Shown here one piece after another: positions 23,320-34,900 of a DNA stretch of 64,000 nucleotides. Source of the stretch: Eledone cirrhosa (lineage: Eukaryota); contig OZ024742.1 of the NCBI GenBank assembly GCA_964016885.1, positions 225,990,001 through 226,054,000 on the forward strand, given 5' to 3'. Numbering within the stretch: the first letter of the stretch is position 1; every line of letters begins with the position of its first letter. The notes under the pieces are model-generated. The model saw nothing but the letters and a program-made list of their open reading frames with translations, searched no databases and was not told the origin of the DNA. The position numbers were made by a program, and so were the translations under genes.

Positions 23320-23830
23320 ATTAGAAACAATGCCAAAGATGGAATGCATGAAGAATATCAGAACTTTTTGACTTGTCTAGCCTGAGAACATAGCAGTCCA
23401 TTCTACCAATGCCAGCATGGAAAGTGTATGTAAAATGATGATAATGATGATGATGGGGTGGTGTGAGTATGTACACATAGATCATCATCATCATCACTTT
23501 ACATCCACTTTCCATGCTTGGACAAGATGGTCCGTGACTAGATGGGTTGATGGAGAAGACCACATCTTTATCATACATTCATATTTTGGCATGGGTTCTA
23601 CAGCAGGATGTCCTTCCTAACACAAACCACTTTACAGAGTGTACTGGATGCATTTTACCAGAACAACAGCACTACCAGTTTACAGAGTGTACTGGGTACA
23701 TTTTGTCATAGCTCAAGCACTACTACTTTATAGTGTACTGGATGCATTTTATTGTGTCACTGGCACTACCGCTTTACAGAGTGTACTGGGTGTATTTTAT
23801 TGTGACACTAACACAATCGTACTTTATAAT
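23320..23830. mobile_element. Tail-to-tail pair of RTE-tail elements; the minus copy carries 4-5 degenerate ~45-bp satellite-related units (23626-23828)
   Basis: gcatggaaagtgtatgtaaaatgatgat faces atcatcactttacatccactttccatgc. ggatgtccttcctaacacaaaccactttacagagtgtactgg... is repeated. Confidence 0.75.
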
Positions 23831-23834
23831 TGGG

Positions 23835-24190
23835 AAAGACAGAGTGAGTGGGTGAGTGAGTAATGGGGGAGAGAGAGAGATGGTGTTAGAGAGTGTGACA
23901 AGGTAATAGAGGAGAGAAAGTGAGTAAGTGGTAGAGAGTGATTGGAGAGGGAGAGAGTGAGAGGGAAAATAACAGGAGAGTGTGAGGGAGAGTGATAGAA
24001 TGAAAGGGAGAAAGTAATAGGTGAGAAAAAATAATAGAGGGAGTGAGTACTACATGAGAGTAATATGGACGAAAGAAACGGTAATAGGGGAAAGAGAGAA
24101 AGGGTATAACAGTGGAGAAGAGAGTGTGTAATAGGGGAAGGAGAGAGAGCAAGTAATGAGGAGGAAAGGGTAATAGGGAAGAGAGAGAAT
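23835..24190. repeat. Purine-rich (GA)n-derived low-complexity tract upstream of exon H
   Basis: Almost exclusively G/A with interspersed T. Confidence 0.85.
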
Positions 24191-24242
24191 GTGTGTGTGT
24201 ATTTACTTTACCATATCTAATGAGTGTCACCTCTGTTTTCAG

Positions 24243-24412
24243 ATCTCTAATGGCCCCAGTTATAACATCTTTATAACTGGCACTGGAGATTACCCCAAGC
24301 TGGAATTCTCCTTTTTAACCTATAACTTTGGTAACTGCTTTATTCACAAGGCAGGTATGGAACCAAAGGTGGGTGTGTTACAAGTCCGCAATGCTGACCA
24401 AAAAGAGATTAG
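24243..24412 (+). CDS. HYDIN: HYDIN-like internal exon H (phase 0 to phase 2); last exon visible in the window
   Basis: Acceptor ctctgttttcag|ATC and donor AG|gtgagc. Reads ISNGPSYNIFITGTGDYPKLEFSFLTYNFGNCFIHKAGMEP..., compare HYDIN ISHGP...FSFTSYNFGTCFIYQAGMPP. Confidence 0.92.
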
Positions 24413-24742
24413 GTGAGCAATGACAAATTTACCTCTCTTGTTACCATATTTCTAATGAAAGACACTGCTTATGATTTTCAAACAATTTTGAAAATAATCA
24501 AGAATTTGGATGGATTTAGTAATATAACTTTCTTATTATTAAGCTAGTGTTTGGAACATAGCTTAAGAAAGGTTCTTACATAAAATCATGATGAAGGTTT
24601 TATAGATAAACATAAAAACCTTTACCCTTTTATTCCCATAGTTCTAATGAAAAGCAGTACCTATTATTTTCAAATAATTTTGAAAATAATTGAGAATTTG
24701 AAAGGATTTAGTTATATAACTAACTTTCTCATTATTAAGTTC

Positions 24743-25141
24743 ATTATGATGGGTGGTGAATTGGCAGTATCGGTAGAGGGTCGGACGCCATGCTTTCCAG
24801 CATAGTTACGTCCCTTTACGGTCTGAGTTCAAATCCCGTCGAGGTTAACTTTGCCTTTCATCCTTACCGGGTCGATAAAATAAAGTACCAGTAATGAACT
24901 GGGTAATTGCTGGCCTTGTGCCAAAAGTAAAAATAATTATGATGGGTTGGTGGATTAGCAGTATCGGTAGAGAGTCTGACGCCATGCTTTGCAGCAAAGA
25001 GTTACGGCCCTTTATGGTCTGAGTTCAAATCCCACCGAGGTTAACTTTGCCTTTCATCCTTAGGGGGTCGATAAAATAAAGTACCAGTAATGTACTGGGT
25101 AATTGCTGGCCTTGTGCCCAAAATAGAAACAATTATGATGG
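24743..25141 (+). mobile_element. Head-to-tail dimer of the tRNA-headed SINE
   Basis: Two ~195-bp copies, each with an A box, B box gagttcaaatccc and the core. ATTATGATGG occurs at 24743, 24936 and 25132. Confidence 0.85.
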
Positions 25142-25543
25142 AATGTTTTCAGATAAATATAAAGACTTTAAAACAAACAGCTTCTAAGTTCTTTTGGAAC
25201 ATTTCACAGTGATAAATGAGTTGCAATTATTACCATAATAATATATTCTGGCATGATGAATACAGATATCCATGCTCACATTAACCCTTTAGCATTTAAA
25301 CAAGCTGTATCTGGTCAGAATTCTCTTGCATCATTCTATTCCTCTTTCCCCTGCCTTGAGAACCAGCGGGGTGACCTCAAGAGATCGCCCACGTACAGAC
25401 TTGTTTACACCAAAAAGGAGGTAACACAGAATGTGACTGTTAAATGTCACCCAGGGGTCAAGGTGTGGACAGATTTTGCTACAGAATTATGGCTGGTTAA
25501 CTACAGAAATGAAAAACAAAATCAAAATAAAAGATTCACAACT

Positions 25544-25696
25544 ATGTGGTAAAGGAGTTTGCCTTGTCACCTTATGGTTCTGGGTTCAGTCATACTGTGC
25601 AGCACCTTTGGCAACTGTTTTCTACTATAGCCTTGGGTAAACCAATACCTTGTGAGTGGAATTTGGTAGGTGGAAACTGCAGAAGTCCAACATATG

Positions 25697-25700
<4 letters not shown>
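25544..25700 (+). mobile_element. CORE-type SINE 5' part
   Basis: tgtggtaa (A-box-like), gggttcagtc (B-box-like), cacctttggcaactgttttctactatagcc (CORE-like), then ttgtgagtggaatttggtagg. Confidence 0.6.
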
Positions 25701-25737
<37 letters not shown>

Positions 25738-25755
25738 ATGCGGGTGTGTGTGTGT

Positions 25756-25933
25756 CATCGTCATCATCACTGTTTCATATTCATTTTTCCATGCTAACAT
25801 GGGTTAGATGAGTTGTCCCATTGTGAACTAAGCCAGATCAGATGACTGTGTCTTGCTCATGCTGTTTCTGGCTTGGTTTCTATGGCTAGATGCTCTTTCT
25901 AACACCAACCACATTTATAGAGTTGACTGGTTG
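25756..25933 (-). mobile_element. RTE 3' tail attached to the left edge of the satellite array
   Basis: catcgtcatcatcac...ttccatgctaacatgggttagatg...tgtcttgctcat...ggcttggtttctatggctagatgctctttctaacaccaaccacattta is colinear with the LINE 3' UTRs at 5815-5990 and 8538-8700. Confidence 0.88.
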
Positions 25934-28900
25934 CTTTACAGTGTGGACTGGGTACTTTTTGTCATGACACATACATGACCACTTTACAGTGTGGACTGGG
26001 TGCTTTTTGTCATGATACATACATGACCACTTTACAGTGTGGACTGGGTACTTTTTGTCATGACACATACATGACCACTTTACAGTGTGGACTGGGTACT
26101 TTTTGTCATGACACATACATTACCACTATACAGTGTGGACTGGGTACATTTTGTCATGACACATACATGACCACTTTACAGTGTGGACTGGGTACTTTTT
26201 GTCATGACACATACATGACCACTTTACAGTGTGGACTGGGTGCTTTTTGTCATGACACATACATGACCACTTTACAGTGTGGACTGGGTACATTTTGTCA
26301 TGACACATACATGACCACTTTACAGTGTGGACTGGGTACTTTTTGTCATGACACATACATGACCACTTTACAGTGTGGACTGGGTGCTTTTTGTCATGAC
26401 ACATACATGACCACTTTACAGTGTGGTCTGGGTACTTGTTGTCATGACACATACATGACCACTTTACAGTGTGGACTGGGTACTTTTTGTCATGACACAT
26501 ACATGACCACTTTACAGTGTGGACTGGGTACTTTTTGTCATGACACATACATGACCACTTTACAGTGTGGACTGGGTGCTTTTTGTCATGACACATACAT
26601 GACCACTTTACAGTGTGGACTGGGTGCTTTTTGTCATGACATATACATGACCACTTTACAGTGTGGACTGGGTGCTTTTTGTCATGACACCTACATGACC
26701 ACTTTACAGTGTGGACTGGGTGCTTTTTGTCATGACACATACATGACCACTTTACAGTGTGGACTGGGTGCTTTTTGTCATGACACATACATGACCACTT
26801 TACAGTGTGAACTGGGTGCTTTTTGTCATGACACCTACATGACCACTTTACAGTGTGGACTGGGTGCTTTTTGTCGTGACACCTACATGACCACTTTACA
26901 GTGTGGATTGGGTGCTTTTTGTCGTGACACCTACATGACCACTTTACAGTGTTGATTGAGTGCTTTTTGTCGTGACACCTACATGACCACTTTACAGTGT
27001 GGACTGGGTGCTCTTTGTCATGACACCTACATGACCACTTTACAGTGTGGACTGGGTGCTTTTTGTCATGACACCTACACGAACACTTTACAGTGTGGAC
27101 TGGGTGCTTTTTGTCGTGACACATACATGACCATTTTACAGGGTGAATTGGGTGCTTTTTGTCGTGACGCCTACATGACCACTTTACAGTGTGGACTGGG
27201 TGCTTTTTGTCATGACACATACACGACCACTTTACAGTGTGGACTAGGTGTTTTTTGTCGTGACACCTACACGACCACTTTACAGTGTGGACTGGGTGCT
27301 TTTTGTCATGACACATACACGACCACTTTACAGTGTGGACTGGGTGCTTTTTGTCGTGACACCTACACGACCACTTTACAGTGTGGACTGGGTACTTTTT
27401 GTCGTGACACCTACATGACCACTTTTCAGTGTGGACTGGGGCTTTTTCTCATGACACATACATGACCACCTTACAGTGTAGACTGGATGCTTTTTGTCGT
27501 GACACCTACATGACCACTTTACAGTGTGTACTGGGTACTTTTTGTCTTGACACCTACATGACCACTTTACAGTGTGTACTGGGTGCTTTTTGTCATGACA
27601 CCGACATGACCACTTTACAGTGTGGACTGGGTGCTTTTTGTCATGACACCTACACAACCACTTTACAGTGTGGACTGGATGCCTTTTGTCGTGACACATA
27701 CATGACCACTTTACAGTGTGGACTGGGTGCTTTTTGTCGTGACACCTACATTACCACTTTACAGTGTGGACTGGGTGCTTTTTGTTGTGACACCTACATG
27801 ACCACTTTACAGTGTGGACTGGGTGCTTTTTGGCGTGACACCTACACAACCACTTTACAGTGTGGACTGGGTGCTTTTTGTCATGGCACCTACACAACCA
27901 CTTTACAGTGTGGACTGGGTGCTTTTTGTCGTGTCACCTACACAACCACTTTACAGTGTTCACTGGGTGCTTTTTGTTGTGACATCTACACAAGGACTTT
28001 ATAGTGTGGACTGGGTGCTTTTTGTCGTGACACCTACACAACCATTTTACAGTGTGGACTGGGTTCTTTTTTTCATGACACCTTCACAACCACTTTGCAG
28101 TGTGGACTGGGTGCTTTTTGTCGTGACACCTACACAACCACTTTACAGTGTGGACTGTGTGATTTTGTCGTGACACCTACATGACCACTTCACAGTGTGA
28201 ACTGGGTGCTTTTTGTCATGACACCTACATGACCACTTTACAGTGTGGACTGGGTACTTTTTGTCGTGACACCTACACAACCACTTTACAGTGTGGACTG
28301 GGTGCTTTTTGTCATGACACATACATGACCACTTTACAGTGTGGACTGGGACTTTTTCTCATGACACATACATGACCACTTTACAGTGTGGACTGGGTGC
28401 TTTTTGTCATGACGCATACATGACCACTATACAGTGTGGACTGGGTGCTTATTGTCGTGACATCTACATGACCACTTTACAGTGTGGACTGGGTGGTTTT
28501 TGTTGTGACACCTACATGACCACTTTACAGTGTGGACTGGGTGCTTTTTGTCATGAGACATACATGACCACTTTACAGTGTGGACTGGGTGGTTTTTGTC
28601 GTGACACCTACAAGACCACTTTACAATGTGAACTGGGTGCTTTTTGTCATGACACCTACACAACCACTTTACAGTGTGGACTGGGTGCTTTTTGTCGTAA
28701 CACCTACATGACCACTTTACAGTTTGAACTGGGTGCTTTTTGTCGTGACACCTACATGACCACTTCACAGTGTGAACTGGGTGCTTTTTGTCATGACACC
28801 TACATGACCACTTTACAGTGTGGACTGGGTACTTTTTGTCGTGACACCTACACAACCACTTTACAGTGTGGACTGGGTGCTTTTTGTCATGACACATACA

Positions 28901-31900
28901 TGGCCACTTTACAGTGTGGACTGGGGCTTTTTCTCATGACACATACATGACCACTTTACAGTGTGGACTGGGTGCTTTTTGTCATGACGCATACATGACC
29001 ACTATACAGTGTGGACTGGGTGCTTTTTGTCGTGACATCTACATGACCACTTTACAGTGTGGACTGGGTGCTTTTTCTCGTGACACCTACATGACCACTT
29101 TACAGTGTGGACTGGGTGCTTTTTGTCATGACACATACATGACCACTTTACAGTGTGGACTGGGGCTTTTTCTCATGACACATACATGACCACTTTACAG
29201 TGTGGACTGGGTGCTTTTTGTCATGACGCATACATGACCACTATACAGTGTGGACTGAGTGCTTTTTGTCGTGACACATACATGACCACTTTACAGTATG
29301 GACCGGGTGCTTTTTGTCGTGACACATATATGACCACTTTACAGTGTGGTCTGGGTGGTTTTTGTCGTGACACCTACAAGACCACTTTACAATGTGGACT
29401 GGGTGATTTTTGTCATGACACCTACACAACCACTTTACAGTGTGGACTGGGTGCTTTTTGTCGTGACACCTACATGACCACTTTACAGTTTGAACTGGGT
29501 GCTTTTTGTCGTGACACCTACATGACCACTTTACAGTGTGGACTAGGTGCTTTTTGTCGTGACACCTACACGACCACTTTACAGTGTGAACTGGGTGCTT
29601 TTTGTCGTGAAACCAACACGACCACTTTACAGCGTGAACTGGGTGCTTTTTGTCGTGACACTTACACGACCACTTTACAGTGTGGACTGGGTGCTTTTTG
29701 TCGTGACACCTACATGACCACTTTACAGTGTGGACTGGGTGCTTTTTGTCGTGACACATACACGACCACTTTACAGTGTGGACTGGGTACTTTTTGTCGT
29801 GACACCTACATGACCACTTTTCAGTGTGGACTGGGTGCTTTTTGTCATGACACCTACATGACCACCTTACAGTGTGGACTGGATGCTTTTTGTTGTGACA
29901 CCTACATGTCCACTTTACAGTGTGTACTGGGTACTTTTTGTCTTGATACCTACATGACCACTTTACAGTGTGTACTGGGTACTTTTTGTCATGACACCGA
30001 CATGACCGCTTTACAGTGTGGACTGGGTGCTTTTTGTCATGACACCTACACAACCACTTTACAGTGTGAACTGGATGCCTTTTGTCGTGACACATACATG
30101 ACCACTTTACAGTGTGGACTGGGTGCTTTTTGTCGTGACACCTACATTACCACTTTACAGTGTGGACTGGGTGCTTTTTGTTGTGACACCTACATGACCA
30201 CTTTACAGTGTGGATTGGGTGCTTTTTGGCGTGACACCTACACAACCACTTTACAGTGTGGACTGGGTGCTTTTTGTCATGGCACCTACACAACCACTTT
30301 ACAGTGTGGACTGGGTGCTTTTTGTCGTGTCACCTACACAACCACTTTACAGTGTTCACTGGGTGCTTTTTGTTGTGACATCTACACAAGGACTTTATAG
30401 TGTGGACTGGGTTCTTTTTTTCATGACACCTTCACAACCACTTTACAGTGTGGACTGGGTGCTTTTTGTCATGACACCTACACAACCACTTTACAGTGTG
30501 GACTTATTGATTTTGTCGTGACACCTACATGACCACTTCACAGTGTGAACTGGGTGCTTTTTGTCATGACACCTACATGACCACTTTACAGTGTGGACTG
30601 GGGCTTTTTCTCATGACACATACATGACCACTTTACAGTGTGGACTGGGTGCTTTTTGTCATGACGCATACATGACCACTATACAGTGTGGAATGGGTGC
30701 TTTTTGTCGTGACATCTAGATGACCACTTTACAGTGTGGACTGGGTGCTTTTTCTCGTGACACCTACATGACCACTTTACAGTGTGGACTGGGTGCTTTT
30801 TGTCATGACACATACATGACCACTTTACAGTGTGGACTGGGTGGTTTTTGTCGTGACACCTACAAGACCACTTTACAATGTGAACTGGGTGCTTTTTGTC
30901 ATGACACCTACACAACCACTTTACAGTGTGGACTGGGTGCTTTTTGTCGTAACACCTACATGACCACTTTACAGTTTGAACTGGGTGCTTTTTGTCGTGA
31001 CACCTACATGACCACTTTACAGTGTGGACTGGGTGCTTTTTATCGTGACACCTACACGACCACTTTACAGTGTGAACTGGGTGCTTTTTGTCGTGAAACC
31101 TACACGACCACTTTACAGCGTGAACTGGGTGCTTTTTGTCGTGACACTTACACGACCACTTTACAGTGTGGACTGGGTTCTTTTTGTTGTGACACCTACA
31201 CAAGGACTTTATAGTGTGGACTGGGTGCTTTTTGTCGTGACACCTACACAACCATTTTACAGTGTGGACTGGGTTCTTTTTTTCATGACACCTTCACAAC
31301 CACTTTACAGTGTGGACTGGGTGCTTTTTGTCGTGACACCTACACAACCACTTTACAGTGTGGACTGGGTGATTTTGTCGTGACACCTACATGACCACTT
31401 CACAGTGTGAACTGGGTGCTTTTTGTCATGACACCTACATGACCACTTTACAGTGTGGACTGGGTACTTTTTGTCTTGACACCTACACAACCACTTTACA
31501 GTGTGGACTGGGTGCTTTTTGTCATGACGCATACATGACCACTATACAGTGTGGACTGGGTGCTTTTTCTCGTGACACCTACAAGACCACTTTACAATGT
31601 GGACTGGGTGCTTTTTGTCATGACACATACACAACCACTTTACAGTGTGGACTGGGTGCTTTTTGTCGTGACACCTACATGACCACTTTACAGTGTGGAC
31701 TGGGTGCTTTTTGTCGTGACACCTACACGACCACTTTACAGTGTGAACTGGGTGCTTTTTGTCGTGAAACCTACACGACCACTTTACAGCGTGAACTGGG
31801 TGCTTTTTGTCGTGACACTTACACGACCACTTTACAGTGTGGACTGGGTGCTTTTTGTCGTGACACCTACATGACCACTTTACAGTGTGGACTGGGTGCT

Positions 31901-34900
31901 TTTTGTCGTGACACATACACGACCACTTTACAGTGTGGACTGGGTACTTTTTGTCGTGACACCTACATGACCACTTTTCAGTGTGGACTGGGTGCTTTTT
32001 GTCATGACACATACATGACCACCTTACAGTGTGGACTGGATGCTTTTTGTCGTGACACCTACATGACCACTTTACAGTGTGAACTGGGTGCTTTTTGTCA
32101 TGACACCTACTTGACCACTTTACAGTGTGGACTGGGTACTTTTTGTCGTGACACCTACACAACCACTTTACAGTGTGGACTGGGTGCTTTTTGTCATGAC
32201 GCATACATGACCACTATACAGTGTGGACTGGGTGCTTTTTCTCGTGACACCTACATGACCACTTTACAGTGTGGACTGGGTGCTTTTTGTCATGACACAT
32301 ACATGACCACTTTACAGTGTGGACTGGGAGCTTTTTGTCATGACGCATACATGACCACTATACAGTGTGGACTGAGTGCTTTTTGTCGTGACACCTACAT
32401 GACCACTTTACAGTATGGACCGGGTGCTTTTTGTCGTGACACATATATGACCACTTTACAGTGTGGTCTGGGTGGTTTTTGTCGTGACACCTACAAGACC
32501 ACTTTACAATGTGGACTGGGTGCTTTTTGTCATGACACATACACAACCACTTTACAGTGTGGACTGGGTGCTTTTTGTCGTGACACCTACATGACCACTT
32601 TACAGTTTGAACTGGGTGCTTTTTGTCGTGACACCTACATGACCACTTTACAGTGTGGACTGGGTGCTTTTTGTCGTGACACCTATACGACCATTTTACA
32701 GTGTGAACTGGGTGCTTTTTGTCGTGAAACCTACACGACCACTTTACAGCGTGAACTGGGTGCTTTTTGTCGTGACACTTACACGACCACTTTACAGTGT
32801 GGACTGGGTGCGTTTTGTCGTGACACCTACATGACCACTTTACAGTGTGGACTGGGTGCTTTTTGTCGTGACACATACACGACCACTTTACAGTGTGGAC
32901 TGGGTACTTTTTGTCGTGACACCTACATGACCACTTTTCAGTGTGGACTGGGTGCTTTTTGTCATGACACCTACATGACCACCTTACAGTGTGGACTGGA
33001 TGCTTTTTGTCGTGACACCTACATGACCACTTTACAGTGTGTACTGGGTACTTTTTGTCTTGACACCTACATGACCACTTTACAGTGTGTACTGGGTACT
33101 TTTTGTCATGACACCGACATGACCGCTTTACAGTGTGGACTGGGTGCTTTTTGTCATGACACCTACACAACCACTTTACAGTGTGGACTGGATGCCTTTT
33201 GTCGTGACACATACATGACCACTTTACAGTGTGGACTGGGTGCTTTTTGTCGTGACACCTACATTACCACTTTACAGTGTGGACTGGGTGCTTTTTGTTG
33301 TGACACCTACATGACCACTTTACAGTGTGGACTGGGTGCTTTTTGGCGTGACACCTACACAACCACTTTACAGTGTGGACTGGGTGCTTTTTGTCATGGC
33401 ACCTACACAACCACTTTACAGTGTTCACTGGGTGCTTTTTGTTGTGACACCTACACAAGGACTTTATAGTGTGGACTGGGTGCTTTTTGTCGTGACACCT
33501 ACACAACCATTTTACAGTGTGGACTGGGTGCTTTTTGTCGTGACACCTACACGACCACTTTACAGTGTGGACTGGGTGATTTTGTCGTGACACCTACATG
33601 ACCACTTCACATTGTGAACTGGGTGCTTTTTGTCATGACACCTACATGACCACTTTACAGTGTGGACTGGGTACTTTTTGTCGTGACACCCACACAAACA
33701 CTTTACAGTGTGGACTGGGTGCTTTTTGTCATGACACATACATGACCACTTTACAGTGTGGACTGGGGCTTTTTCTCATGACACATACATGACGACTTTA
33801 CAGTGTGGGCCGGGTGCTTTTTGTCATGACGCATACATGATCACTATACAGTGTGGACTGGGTGCTCTTTGTCGTGACATCTACATGACCACTTTACAGT
33901 GTGGACTGGGTGCTTTTTGTCATGACACCTACATGACCACATTACAGTGTGGACTGGGTACTTTTTGTCTTGACACCTACACAACCACTTTACAGTGTGG
34001 ACTGGGTGCTTTTTGTCATGACACATACATGACCACTTTACAGTGTGGACTGGGGCTTTTTCTCATGACACATACATGACCACTTTACAGTGTGGACTGG
34101 GTGCTTTTTGTCATGACGCATACATGACCACTATACAGTGTGGACTGAGTGCTTTTTGTCGTGACACATACATGACCACTTTACAGTATGGACCGGGTGC
34201 TTTTTGTCGTGACACATATATGACCACTTTACAGTGTGGTCTGGGTGGTTTTTGTCGTGACACCTACAAGACCACTTTACAATGTGAACTGGGTGCTTTT
34301 TGTCATGACACCTACACAACCACTTTACAGTGTGGACTGGGTGCTTTTTGTCGTAACACCTACATGACCACTTTACAGTTTGAACTGGGTGCTTTTTGTC
34401 GTGACACCTACATGACCACTTTACAGTGTGGACTGGGTGCTTTTTATCGTGACACCTACACGACCACTTTACAGTGTGAACTGGGTGCTTTTTGTCGTGA
34501 AACCTACACGACCACTTTACAGCGTGAACTGGGTGCTTTTTGTCGTGACACTTACACGACCACTTTACAGTGTGGACTGGGTTCTTTTTGTTGTGACACC
34601 TACACAAGGACTTTATAGTGTGGACTGGGTGCTTTTTGTCGTGACACCTACACAACCATTTTACAGTGTGGACTGGGTTCTTTTTTTCATGACACCTTCA
34701 CAACCACTTTACAGTGTGGACTGGGTGCTTTTTGTCGTGACACCTACACAACCACTTTACAGTGTGGACTGGGTGATTTTGTCGTGACACCTACATGACC
34801 ACTTCACAGTGTGAACTGGATACTTTTTGTCTTGACACCTACATGACCACTTTACAGTGTGTACTGGGTACTTTTTGTCATGACACCGACATGACCGCTT

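Noticed and set aside
24753-25035. tRNA genes suggested by A/B boxes (also 3700 and 19406)
   Set aside because: No cloverleaf is evident. The boxes are followed by a shared SINE body found in five copies.
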